From positions 19,530,001 through 19,594,000 of the forward strand of contig OZ024745.1 of the NCBI GenBank assembly GCA_964016885.1: 64,000 bases of DNA, read 5' to 3'. Below, piece by piece: positions 1-11,797 of this stretch. Under the pieces are notes generated by a model. That model was not told the origin of the DNA and searched no databases. It worked only from the letters and a program-made list of their open reading frames with translations. The DNA comes from Eledone cirrhosa. Taxonomy: Eukaryota. Position 1 is the stretch's first letter. Each line of letters begins with the position of its first letter. Position numbers and translations under genes: made by a program.

Positions 1-440
1 GCAGGACATAGATAGGTCATAGATAGATAGGACGTAGATACGTAGGACGTATATAGATTGAACATAGATAGGTAGGCCATAGGTAGATCATAGATAAATA
101 GGTCATAGATAGATAGGACATAGATAGGTCGGACATAGGTAGGTCATATATAGATAGATCATAGATAGGTAGGTCATAGATAGATAGGACATAGATAGAT
201 ATGAAATAGGTAGGTCATAGATAGGATATAGATAGATAGGACATATATAGATAGGACATAGATAGGTAGGGCATAGATAGGTAGGTCATAGATAGATAGG
301 ACATAGATAGGTAGGTCATAGATAGATAGGACATAGATAGGTAGGTCATAGATAGATAGAACATAGATAGGTAGGACATAGGTAGGTCATAGATTGATAG
401 GACATAAATAGATAGGTCATAGATAGATATGACTTAGATG
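1..440. repeat. Degenerate (GATA)n/(TAGG)n-derived simple repeat
   Basis: Units such as atagataggacatag and gtaggtcata recur throughout. Confidence 0.9.
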
Positions 441-996
441 GGCAGTATCAGTAAGACGTCAAAGAAAATGCTTTTCAGAATTTAGTTTTCGATTTTCTAC
501 TTTGTGGGGAGCAGCGGTGTGAAACTCCATTGTTGTTAATGACTAATAAAGGAAGAGAGACTGTAGAAATTGTAGCAATAATGGTCCGATTGACGAGTTC
601 CACCCCACTCAGCGAATGAGAGACGTAGGCGGGCGGACGGACACACATATATAGAGAAATATATAGAGAGAGACAGAGAGACAAGGATTCAGGCACAGAG
701 ACAAACAGACAGACATGCAATAAGCCAAGAACTTTAATTAATTAAAATCCCAAACCTAGTGGTGAAAATAATCAATTTTAATGGATAATTCTGTTGTAAT
801 AACAATGGAAGGGGGATAACTCAGAAACATTAATTAACAAAAACTAATTAAATGGCAGAGTGAACCACCTGATGTAGGGTGCAACAAGAGAGACGTGTCT
901 GGTCATGTAAGAGGAACTGTCTTGTAAACTGACAATCATTGGAATTGTATAATTGTGGGGGGGGGGGGGGGGGGGCTTAAAATAGGTTGAATTAAT

Positions 997-1111
997 GTCA
1001 CACACAGACAGACACACAGACATACATACATACAGACTTACAGACACACACACAGGCTTACAGACAGACAGACAGACTTACAGACAGACTCACAGACAGA
1101 CAGACATACAT

Positions 1112-1158
<47 letters not shown>

Positions 1159-2102
1159 TACAGACATGCAGACAGACATACAGACAGACAGAAAGACAAA
1201 CAGACACACAGACTTACAGACAGACAGACAGACAGACAGACTTACAGACTTACAGACATACTGACACACGGACAGACAGACAGACTTACAGACAGAGAGA
1301 CTTACAGACAAAGAGACAGACACACAGACATACATACGTACAGACAGACAGAGGGAGAGACAGAGAGACAGAGGGAGAGACAGAGGGAGAGACAGGGAGA
1401 CAGAGGGAGAGATAGGGAGACAGGGGGAGAGACAGGGGGAGAGACAGGGAGACAGAGAGAGACAGAGAGACAGAGGGAGAGACAGAGAGGCAGGGGGAGA
1501 GACAGAGAGACAGAGGGAGAGACAGAGAGACAGAGGGAGAGACAGAGAGACAGAGTAAGAGACAGAGAGGCAGGGGGAGAGACAGAGAGACAGAGGCAGG
1601 GGGAGAGACAGAGAGACAGAAGGAGAGACAGAGGGAGAGACAGAGAGAGAGGGGGAGAGACAGAGGGAGAGACAGATATAGAGAGAGGGAGAGGGAGAGA
1701 GAGAGGGGGGAGAGACAGAGGGAGAGACAGAGATAGAGAGATGGAGAGACAGAGAGAGAGAGGGAGAGACAGAGAGAGAGCGAGAGACAGAGGGAGAGAG
1801 GGAGAGACAGAGAGAGAGAGAGGGAGAGACAGAGAGAGAGGGGGAGAGACAGAGGGAGAGACAGAGGGAGAGACAGAGATAGAGAGAGGGAGAGACAGAG
1901 GGAGAGACGGAGAGACAGAGAGAGAGAGAGAGGGAGAGACAGAGAGAGAGGGAGAGACAGAGGGAAAGAGGGAGAGACAGAGAGAGAGAAAGGGAGAGAG
2001 AGAGAGAGAGGGGAAGAGACAGAGGGAGAGACAGAGATAGAGAGAGGGAGAGACAGAGGGAGAGACAGAGAGAGAGGGAGAGACAGAGAGAGAGGGAGAG
2101 AC
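997..2102. repeat. (CAGA)n tract grading into (GA)n/GAGACA compound microsatellite
   Basis: Direct reading; accounts for the TDRQ- and LSLS-type ORFs. Confidence 0.95.
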
Positions 2103-2207
2103 ACTAGAGTCAACAAAGAGAGGGAATGAAATAAGAGTTTCACCTCAACATGTCATTACAATAATCAATCTGAATATCAAAACGTTACAATCGATAACCA
2201 ATAATCA

Positions 2208-5200
2208 AGGTGGTAGGGTTGTCAGAGGGTTGGTAGGGTGGTTGGAGGGGTGGTAGGGTTGTCGGATGGGGTGGTAGGGTGGTTGGAGGGGTGGTAGGGT
2301 TGTCAGAGGGTTGGTAGGGTGGTTGGAGGGGTGGTAGGGTTGTCAGAGGGTTGGTAGGGTGGTTGGAGGGGTGGTAGGGTGGTTGGAAGGGTGGTAGGCT
2401 GGTTGGAGGGATGGTAGGGTGGTTGGAGGGGTGGTAGGGTGGTTGGAAGGGTGGTAGGGTGGTTGTAGGGGTGGTAGGGTGGTTAGAGGGGTTGTAGGGT
2501 TGTCAGAGGGTTGGTAGGGTGCTTGGAGGGGTGGTAGGGTTGTCGGAGGGGTGGTAGGCTGGTTGGAGGTGTGGTAGGGTGGTTGGAGGGGTGGTAGGGT
2601 TGTCGGAGGGGTGGTAGGGTTGTCGAAGGGGTGGTAGGCTGGTTGGAGGGGTGGTAGGGTGGTTGGAAGGGTGGTAGGCTGGTTGGAGGGATGGTAGGGT
2701 GATTGGAGGGGTGGTAGGGTGGTTGGAGGGGTGGTAGGGTTGTCGGAGGGGTGGTAGGCTGGTTGGAGGTGTGGTAGGGTGGTTGGAGGGGTGGTAGGGT
2801 TGTCGGAGGGGTGGTAGGGTTGTCGAAGGGGTGGTAGGCTGGTTGGAGGGGTGGTAGGGTGGTTGGAAGGGTGGTAGGCTGGTTGGAGGGGTGGTAGGGT
2901 GATTGGAGGGGTGGTAGGGTGGTTGGAGGGATGGTAGGGTGGTTGGAGGGGTGGTAGGGTGGTTGGAAGGGTGGTAGGCTGGTTGGAGGGATGGTAGGCT
3001 GGTTGGAGGGATGGTAGGGTGGTTGGAGGGATGGTAGGGTGGTTGGAAGGGTGGTAGGCTGGTTGGAGGGATGGTAGGGTGATTGGAGGGGTGGTAGGGT
3101 GGTTGGAAGGGTGGTAGGGTTGTCGGAGGGGTGGTAGGCTGGTTGGAGGTGTGGTAGGGTGGTTGGAGGGGTGGTAGGGTTGTCGGAGGGGTGGTAGGGT
3201 TGTCGAAGGGGTGGTAGGCTGGTTGGAGGGGTGGTAGGGTGGTTGGAAGGGTGGTAGGCTGGTTGGAGGGGTGGTAGGGTGATTGGAGGGGTGGTAGGGT
3301 GGTTGGAGGGATGGTAGGGTGGTTGGAGGGGTGGTAGGGTGGTTGGAAGGGTGGTAGGCTGGTTGGAGGGATGGTAGGCTGGTTGGAGGGATGGTAGGGT
3401 GGTTGGAGGGATGGTAGGGTGGTTGGAAGGGTGGTAGGCTGGTTGGAGGGATGGTAGGCTGGTTGGAGGGATGGTAGGGTGGTTGGAGGGATGGTAGGGT
3501 GGTTGGAAGGGTGGTAGGCTGGTTGGAGGGATGGTAGGCTGGTTGGAGGGATGGTAGGGTGGTTGGAGGGATGGTAGGGTGGTTGGAGGGATGGTAGGGT
3601 GGTTGGAAGGGTGGTAGGCTGGTTGGAGGGATGGTAGGCTGGTTGGAGGGATGGTAGGGTGGTTGGAGGGATGGTAGGGTGGTTGGAAGGGTGGTAGGCT
3701 GGTTGGAGGGATGGTAGGCTGGTTGGAGGGATGGTAGGGTGGTTGGAAGGGTGGTAGGCTGGTTGGAGGGATGGTAGGCTGGTTGGAGGGATGGTAGGGT
3801 GGTTGGAAGGGTGGTAGGCTGGTTGGAGGGATGGTAGGCTGGTTGGAGGGATGGTAGGCTGGTTGGAGGGATGGTAGGGTGGTTGGAGGGATGGTAGGGT
3901 GGTTGGAAGGGTGGTAGGCTGGTTGGAGGGATGGTAGGCTGGTTGGAGGGATGGTAGGGTGGTTGGAGGGATGGTAGGGTGGTTGGAAGGGTGGTAGGCT
4001 GGTTGGAGGGATGGTAGGCTGGTTGGAGGGATGGTAGGGTGGTTGGAGGGATGGTAGGGTGGTTGGAAGGGTGGTAGGCTGGTTGGAGGGATGGTAGGCT
4101 GGTTGGAGGGATGGTAGGGTGGTTGGAGGGATGGTAGGGTGGTTGGAGGGATGGTAGGGTGGTTGGAGGGATGGTAGGGTGGTTGGAGGGATGGTAGGCT
4201 GGTTGGAGGGATGGTAGGGTGGTTGGAAGGGTGGTAGGCTGGTTGGAGGGATGGTAGGCTGGTTGGAGGGATGGTAGGGTGGTTGGAAGGGTGGTAGGCT
4301 GGTTGGAGGGATGGTAGGCTGGTTGGAGGGATGGTAGGGTGGTTGGAGGGATGGTAGGGTGGTTGGAAGGGTGGTAGGCTGGTTGGAGGGATGGTAGGCT
4401 GGTTGGAGGGATGGTAGGGTGGTTGGAGGGATGGTAGGGTGGTTGGAAGGGTGGTAGGCTGGTTGGAGGGATGGTAGGCTGGTTGGAGGGATGGTAGGGT
4501 GGTTGGAGGGATGGTAGGGTGGTTGGAAGGGTGGTAGGCTGGTTGGAGGGATGGTAGGCTGGTTGGAGGGATGGTAGGGTGGTTGGAAGGGTGGTAGGCT
4601 GGTTGGAGGGATGGTAGGCTGGTTGGAGGGATGGTAGGGTGGTTGGAGGGATGGTAGGGTGGTTGGAAGGGTGGTAGGGTTGTCGGAGGGGTGGTAGGCT
4701 GGTTGGAGGGGTGGTAGGGTTGTCGGAGGGGTGGTAGGGTTGTCGAAGGGGTGGTAGGCTGGTTGGAGGGGTGGTAGGGTGGTTGGAGGGGTGGTAGGGT
4801 GGTTGGAAGGGTGGTAGGCTGGTTGGAGGGATGGTAGGGTGATTGGAGGGGTGGTAGGGTGGTTGGAAGGGTGGTAGGCTGGTTGGAGGGATGGTAGGGT
4901 GGTTGGAGGGGTGGTAGGGTGGTTGGAAGGGTGGTAGGCTGGTTGGAGGGATGGTAGGCTGGTTGGAGGGATGGTAGGGTGGTTGGAGGGATGGTAGGGT
5001 GGTTGGAGGGATGGTAGGGTGGTTGGAGGGATGGTAGGGTGGTTGGAGGGATGGTAGGGTGGTTGGAAGGGTGGTAGGCTGGTTGGAGGGATGGTAGGGT
5101 GGTTGGAGGGGTGGTAGGGTGGTTGGAAGGGTGGTAGGCTGGTTGGAGGGATGGTAGGCTGGTTGGAGGGATGGTAGGGTGGTTGGAGGGGTGGTAGGGT

Positions 5201-6140
5201 GGTTGGAAGGGTGGTAGGCTGGTTGGAGGGATGGTAGGGTGGTTGGAGGGGTGGTAGGGTGGTTGGAGGGGTGGTAGGGTGGTTGGAGGGGTGGTAGGGT
5301 GGTTGGAAGGGTGGTAGGCTGGTTGGAGGGATGGTAGGCTGGTTGGAGGGATGGTAGGGTGGTTGGAGGGGTGGTAGGGTGGTTGGAAGGGTGGTAGGCT
5401 GGTTGGAGGGATGGTAGGCTGGTTGGAGGGATGGTAGGGTGGTTGGAAGGGTGGTAGGCTGGTTGGAGGGATGGTAGGGTGGTTGGAGGGGTGGTAGGGT
5501 GGTTGGAGGGGTGGTAGGGTGGTTGGAAGGGTGGTAGGCTGGTTGGAGGGATGGTAGGCTGGTTGGAGGGATGGTAGGGTGGTTGGAGGGGTGGTAGGGT
5601 TGTCGGAGAGGTGGTAGGGTGGTCGGAGGGGTGGTAGGCTGGTTGGAGGGGTGGTAGGCTGGTTGGAGGGGTGGTAGGGTGATTGGAGGGGTGGCAGGGT
5701 TGTCGGAGGGGTGGCAGGGTGGTTGGAGGGGTGGCAGGGTTGTTGGAGGGTGGTAGGGTGGTCGGAGGGGTGGTAGGCTGGTTGGAGGGGTGGTTGGGTG
5801 GTTGGAGGGGTGGTAGGGTGGTTGGACGGGTGGTAGACTGGTTGGAGGGGTGATAGGGTGGTTGGAGGGGTGGTAGGGTTGTCGGATTTGTGGTAGGGTG
5901 GTTGGAGTGGTGGTTGGGTGGTTGGAGGGGTGGTAGGGTTATCGGAGGGGTGGTAAGGTGGTTGGCAGGCGGTAGGGTTGTCGGAGGGGTGGTAGGGTGG
6001 TTGGAGGGGTGGTAGGATGGTTGGAGGGGTAGTTGGAGGGGTGATAGGGTGGTCGGAGGGGTGGTAGGGTGTTTGGAGGGGTGGTAGGGTAGTTGGAGGG
6101 GTGGTAGAGTAGTTGGAGGGATTGTAGGGTGGTAGTGTGG
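2208..6140 (+). repeat. 20-bp G-rich minisatellite, consensus GGTTGGAGGG(G/A)TGGTAGG(G/C)T
   Basis: Strict 20-nt period visible in the column alignment; degenerate edges; about 195 units. Confidence 0.97.
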
Positions 6141-6490
6141 CAGGAGGGGTAGATGACATATTATTCAATAGTAAGAGATATATAACCCCCCCCCCCCCCA
6201 CAGACATACCTCTCCTGTTCCAATAAACCTCTCTATAATCACAACACGACAGATTATAAAGCTGGGATATTGAGGAAGAGTTATTGCCGAGGATCAGAGA
6301 GAATTAGTTCTAATAACTATTATAGTCTTAGCTTCTTTGTTTATCTTTCTTTGTTTATTTAATTGTAGATTGTACTGTGAATGTCTTTCTCCGGAGTTCA
6401 ATTTTTGCCGTTTTCCTGAAGGGGAAACTATGTGCATGCGAAATACCTGTATCACATAGCCGTCCCTTTATATTGGCCATTTTTTATGTA

Positions 6491-6516
6491 TCTTCTTCTT
6501 CTTCTTCTTCTTCTTC

Positions 6517-6590
<74 letters not shown>
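6491..6590. repeat. (TCT)n-(TAT)n compound microsatellite, left end of the retrotransposon array
   Basis: Direct reading. Confidence 0.95.
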
Positions 6591-6591
<1 letters not shown>

Positions 6592-7514
6592 CTTGAATCT
6601 CAGTCATTGATGTTGGTTAACTGGAAAGTCCGTTGGATTGAATATCAAGCCACTACCTGCAGCCTCAGATATTCAGGACGTATCGGAGGGTTCTTGCTGT
6701 TCCAAGCAAGCATGCCTTTTGAAGCGTTCCAAAAAGCGTGAAGGGGCCGATTTTCTTTAACCATCCCTGGAAACCTTTGGAGATAGTCCCCAGTGCGCCT
6801 ATGACAATCGGGATCACTTTGACTTCATGGCAGTTCCAAATCCTTTTCACCTCCCACTTTAGGTCCTGGTATCGGTTAATTTTCTCCCTCTCCTTCTCTT
6901 GCACTCTCGTGTCGAACGGGCAGGCCACATCCACAATCAGGCACGATCTTTTTTCTTTGTCCACAACCACCAGGTCAGGTCTATTGTGTTCCAGTTTTTT
7001 GTCCGTCTGTATCCTAAAATCCCACAGCACCTTCACCTGACTGTTCTCCATCACCGCCTCTGGCCTATGCTCATACCATTTCTCAGAATGTGGTAGATTG
7101 TTTACTTTGCACAGGTGCCAGTGGATCACCCTGCCCATCACATCGTGTCTCCAGCCCTTATAGTGGGTCTGGGCTAGGTGTTTACACTCGGACACAATGT
7201 GAGCCACAGTCTCCTCTCTCTCTCCACAGATCCTGCACAGTGGGCTAGCCTCCTCCTTGTAGATATGGTGCTTCAACCACTTCGTTTTGAGGGCCTGCTC
7301 CTGCGCAGCCATTAGCATTCCTTCTGTAGCCTTTTTGAGGTCTCCTCTTCTCAACCAGTTCCATGTCTGTGGATCTCTAAATTCAGTTTTCTCAAAGAAG
7401 GTACTATGAAGGGATTTTCCCTTAAGGCTGCTCTTCCTCCTTGATGTTATTTCCTCCTTGGATATCCCCTGGCCTACTGTCCCCTCCTTCAGTACAGCTC
7501 TGAGCATTGGCTCC

Positions 7515-7516
<2 letters not shown>
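6589..7516 (-). mobile_element. R4/Dong-type RLE retrotransposon, family A copy 1 (5'-truncated)
   Basis: ORF 6665-7507 has CRIC..ETVAHIVSEC zinc knuckle, RHD and RPD..D..EK..RY restriction-like endonuclease motifs; ~75 nt 3' UTR; flanked by (TTA)n. Confidence 0.92.
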
Positions 7517-7591
<75 letters not shown>

Positions 7592-7601
7592 GTTATTGTT
7601 A

Positions 7602-9456
7602 TTCCTTGAATCTCAGTCATTGATGTTGGTTAACTGGAAAGTCCGTTGGATTGAATATCAAGCCACTACCTGCAGCCTCAGATATTCAGGACGTATCGGA
7701 GGGTTCTTGCTGTTCCAAGCAAGCATGCCTTTTGAAGCGTTCCAAAAAGCGTGAAGGGGCCGATTTTCTTTAACCATCCCTGGAAACTTTTGGAGATAGT
7801 CCCCAGTGCGCCTATGACAATCGGGATCACTTTGACTTCATGGCAGTTCCAAATCCTTTTCACCTCCCACTTTAGGTCCTGGTATCGGTTAATTTTCTCC
7901 CTCTCCTTCTCTTGCACTCTCGTGTCGAACGGGCAGGCCACATCCACAATCAGGCACGATCTTTTTTCTTTGTCCACAACCACCAGGTCAGGTCTATTGT
8001 GTTCCAGTTTTTTGTCCGTCTGTATCCTAAAATCCCACAGCACCTTCACCTGATTGTTCTCCATCACCGCCTCTGGCCTATGCTCATACCATTTCTCAGA
8101 ATGTGGTAGATTGTTTACTTTGCACAGGTGCCAGTGGATCACCCTGCCCATCACATCGTGTCTCCAGCCCTTATAGTGGGTCTGGGCTAGGTGTTTACAC
8201 TCGGACACAATGTGAGCCACAGTCTCCTCTCTCTCTCCACAGATCCTGCACAGTGGGCTGGCCTCCTCCTTGTAGATATGGTGCTTCAACCACTTCGTTT
8301 TGAGGGCCTGCTCCTGCGCAGCCATTAGCATTCCTTCTGTAGCCTTTTTGAGGTCTCCTCTTCTCAACCAGTTCCATGTCTGTGGATCTCTAAATTCAGT
8401 TTTCTCAAAGAAGGTACTATGAAGGGGTTTTCCCTTAAGGCTGCTCTTCCTCCTTGATGTTATTTCCTCCCTGGACATCCCCTGGCCTACTGTCCCCTCC
8501 TTCAGTACAGCTCTGAGCATTGGCTCCTTACTATAGGTCACGTATTTGTATAGGTTGTTTTTCTCCATCTAAACACAGTCCTCTATGCTGATAAGACCTC
8601 TTCCACCCTCAGATCTCCTTAGGTAGAGTCTATCGACATCACTCCTCTTGTGGAACATGTTGTAGATAGTCAATAGCTTCCTAGTCTTCCTATCCATTTC
8701 TTTCTGTTCAGCAACATTCCATCTCTGAATTCCCGCACTGTACCTAATAATAGACACAGCTCGGGAATTTACTGCGCTTATGGCATTTCTGCTGTTCAGA
8801 TGTGACTTCAATACGCTCCTTACTCTCCGAATGTATTCAGTTCTTAACAATTCCTTCATTCTTTTGTTCTTTATGCCATCAGCCTCCAGAACGCCCAAAT
8901 ACTTGTATCCTTCCTCAGAGTCAATTTCCTTTATCATCTCACCTGTTGGTATCTGGATCCCGTTACTTCTGCTCAACCTACCCCTCTTCATCACAATGAC
9001 TCCACATTTACCAATACCAAACTGCATACATATATCACTGCTGAAAATACGGACAGTGTCAACAAGCACATCCAACTCCTTCTCACTTTTCCCGAAGAGC
9101 TTAAGATCGTCCATGAAGAGGAGATGATTGATGGTAAGCTCTCCCCTTCCCAACTTGTATCCTGCTCTCACTTTTCGCAGCATAATGGTCAAGGGCATCA
9201 GGGCAAGGACAAACAACAGAGGGCACAGGCTATCTCCCTGGAAGATACCTCTCTTGATCTTCACGCTTCCCAAGGATACTCCAGTTGATGTCAACTCTGT
9301 CTCCCAGGACCCCATACTCCTGCCTAGCAACTGTCTGATGTTATCTGCCACCCTGAAGATCTCCAGACTTTTGGTGATCCAGGAATGAGGCACCATGTCA
9401 AATGCCTTTCTGTAGTCTATCCATCCCATGGCAAGATCAGTGTGTCTCCTCCTGCA

Positions 9457-9457
<1 letters not shown>
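7602..9457 (-). mobile_element. R4/Dong family A copy 2 (5'-truncated, nonsense mutation)
   Basis: RT motifs (DYRKAFD, GIFQGDSL, FMDDLKL, YKYLG) plus RLE; TAG at 8569-8571 where copy 4 has CAG; (ATT)n on both sides. Confidence 0.93.
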
Positions 9458-9517
<60 letters not shown>

Positions 9518-9518
<1 letters not shown>

Positions 9519-10006
9519 AGTTGCATTTATCTTGCTTTATGTTCATACGAGTTATCACCAAGTCACAACCAGTCACCTCAAGAGACAATAAGGTCCGCCA
9601 TGTTCAAGAAAGAACATACATCTTTAGGTGTTTAGACTTGTGATGTACTTATATTGACAGAATCTTCCCATTAGTACTATCTTATGTATTTCTTCTATAC
9701 GCGGGTTTCCTGGGATTTGCGATAAGTAATCATTAGACCCCTTAGGTATCATTCCTAGAGAACCTACAACCACTGGTATTGTTTTAGTTTTCAAATTCCA
9801 CATTTTTACAATTTCTATCTCCAGGTCCTTATACTTGCTCAATTTTTCAAATGTTTTTCATACACACATTCTTATCTATAGGAACGGACATATCAATTAG
9901 CAGGGATACCCTCTTTTTAAAGTCCTTCACTTTTATATCAGGTCTATTTGTATCTATTTTTCGGTCTGTATGGATGCTGTTCCACAAGATTGAGATGTGA
10001 TCGTTT
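9518..10006 (-). mobile_element. R4/Dong family B copy 1 (short diverged 3' fragment)
   Basis: Same 3' UTR (cagttgcatttatcttgc...) and KYKDLEIEI..MW..VVVG.LG C-terminus as the long B copy, with small deletions. Confidence 0.88.
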
Positions 10007-10019
10007 TATTATTATTATT

Positions 10020-10195
10020 GGACGTCATGCTTTGACGCATAGAGTTACGGTCCTTTCCATTCTGAGTTCAAATCCCGCCGAGGTCAACTTTTCCTTTCAT
10101 CCTTACGGGATCGATAAAATAAAGTACCAGTAATGTACTGGGTAATTGCTGGCCTTGTGCCAAAAGTAGAAACAATTATTATTATTATTATTATT
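10020..10195 (+). mobile_element. tRNA-derived SINE (5'-truncated) with (ATT)n tail
   Basis: B box gagttcaaatcc and body cgataaaataaagtaccagtaat...gaaacaattatt shared with copies at 28.3, 29.2, 56.8 and 59.7 kb. Confidence 0.85.
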
Positions 10196-10197
10196 GT

Positions 10198-11077
10198 TCT
10201 TTGAGTCTCAGTCATTGATGTTAGTTAACTGGAAAGTTTGTTGAAATGAATATCAAGCCACTACCTGCAGCCTCAGATATTCAGGACGTATCGGAGGGTT
10301 CTTGCTGTTCCCAGCAAACATGCCTTTTGAAGCGTTCCAAAAAGCGTGGCGGGGCCAATTTTCTTTAACCATCCCTGGAAACTTTTTGAGATAGTACCTA
10401 GTGCGCCTATGACAATCGGGACCACTTTGATTTCATGGAAGATCCAAATCCTTTTTACCGCCCACTTTAAGTCCTGGTATCGGTTAATTTTCTCCCTCTC
10501 CTTCTCTTGCACTCTCGTGTCGAATGAGCAGGCCACATCCACAATCAGGCACGATCTTTATTCTTTGTCCACAACCACCAGGTCAGGTCTATTGTGTCCC
10601 AGTTTCTTGTCCGCCTGTATCCTAAAATCCCACAGCACCTTCACCTGATCGTTTTCTATCACCGACTCTGGCTTATGCTCATACCACTTCTCAGAATGTG
10701 GTAAATTGTTTACTTTGCATAGGTGCCAGTGGATCACCCTGCCCATCACATCATGTCTCCAGCCCTTATAGTGAGTCTGGGCTAGGTGTTTACACTCGGA
10801 TACAATGTGAGCCACAGTCTCCTCTCTCTCTCCACAGATCCTGCACAGTGGGCTAGCCTCGTCCTTGTAAATATGGTGTTTCAACCACTTCGTTTTGAGG
10901 GCCTGCTCTTGCGCAGCCATTAACATTCCTTCTGTAGCCCTTTTAAGGTCTCCTCTTTTCAACCAGTTCCATGTCTGTGGATCTCTGAATTCAGTTTTCT
11001 CAAAGAAGGTACTATGAAGGGATTTTTCCTGAAGGCTGCTCTTTCTCCTTCTCTTGCACTCTCGTGTCGAATGGGCA
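10198..11077 (-). mobile_element. R4/Dong family A copy 3 (older, 5'-truncated)
   Basis: ORF pieces 10273-10542 and 10558-10962 match the family A RLE, separated by a stop; more substitutions than the other A copies. Confidence 0.9.
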
Positions 11078-11140
<63 letters not shown>

Positions 11141-11348
11141 GGCGACCTACGTAGTAAATCGTATCATCGTGAGCTCCGCAAAGGTTTGTTATTTCCGTTT
11201 GTTAAAAATTGCCATTTATGGAAAATTTTATTGTTAACTGTTTATAAGCACACATACATTGTTTTCCGAAAAGGACACCCAAAAAGATTGGGGCCTTGTG
11301 CCCAAAATTTTAACTTTTATTATTATCAAAAAATTTCTTTGAAAAAAA

Positions 11349-11777
11349 ATGGCTACTTCACCTCTGCACGAAGCAGCTGAAAGCCTTCCTCACAAAATAA
11401 CACCTCACACCGACACCACCATTGTAAATGTTACTACGTTTGCCAACACAAAAAAAAATATAAGCAGTAGCAATATTTTAAATTTGTCTCAGGCAGACAT
11501 TCATTTCCCGCCATTACCAATGACTGCAGGTGTTAAAGCCTCCACCACCACCACCGCGACAATCACCACCACCACCACCACCGCGACAACAGAAACAAAA
11601 GAAGAAAAAAATAAATTAACTCGTGATATCGAAATGAAATCAAGCAAAATGGACTCTTCCCCACCAAAGACGACTGACGTCACCACCACCACAACTGAAA
11701 CTAAAATTAATATTAACGATAGCAACAACAACAACAATGACATTATAACCCCCCCCCCCTCAGTTTCGCCATCGTAG
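11349..11777 (+). CDS. Thr-rich N-terminal segment of Tx1 ORF1 (probably split from the main ORF1 at a C11 run)
   Basis: After the poly-C at 11749-11759 the ORF1 frame is open (SFAIVAKQFEAFM) into 11798. Confidence 0.55.
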   Translation: MATSPLHEAAESLPHKITPHTDTTIVNVTTFANTKKNISSSNILNLSQADIHFPPLPMTAGVKASTTTTATITTTTTTATTETKEEKNKLTRDIEMKSSKMDSSPPKTTDVTTTTTETKININDSNNNNNDIITPPPSVSPS

Positions 11778-11797
11778 CAAAACAATTCGAAGCATTT

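Noticed and set aside
2503-6207. 1234-aa Pro/Thr-rich extensin- or mucin-like ORF
   Set aside because: It is the C-rich strand of a 20-bp minisatellite. The unit is not a multiple of 3 and that strand rarely forms stop codons, so the open frame is expected by chance.
11349-11777. A novel third ORF (ORF0) in the Tx1 element
   Set aside because: One extra C in the C11 run fuses it in frame with ORF1 through SFAIVAK; a homopolymer indel is the simpler explanation. Programmed frameshifting cannot be excluded without other copies.
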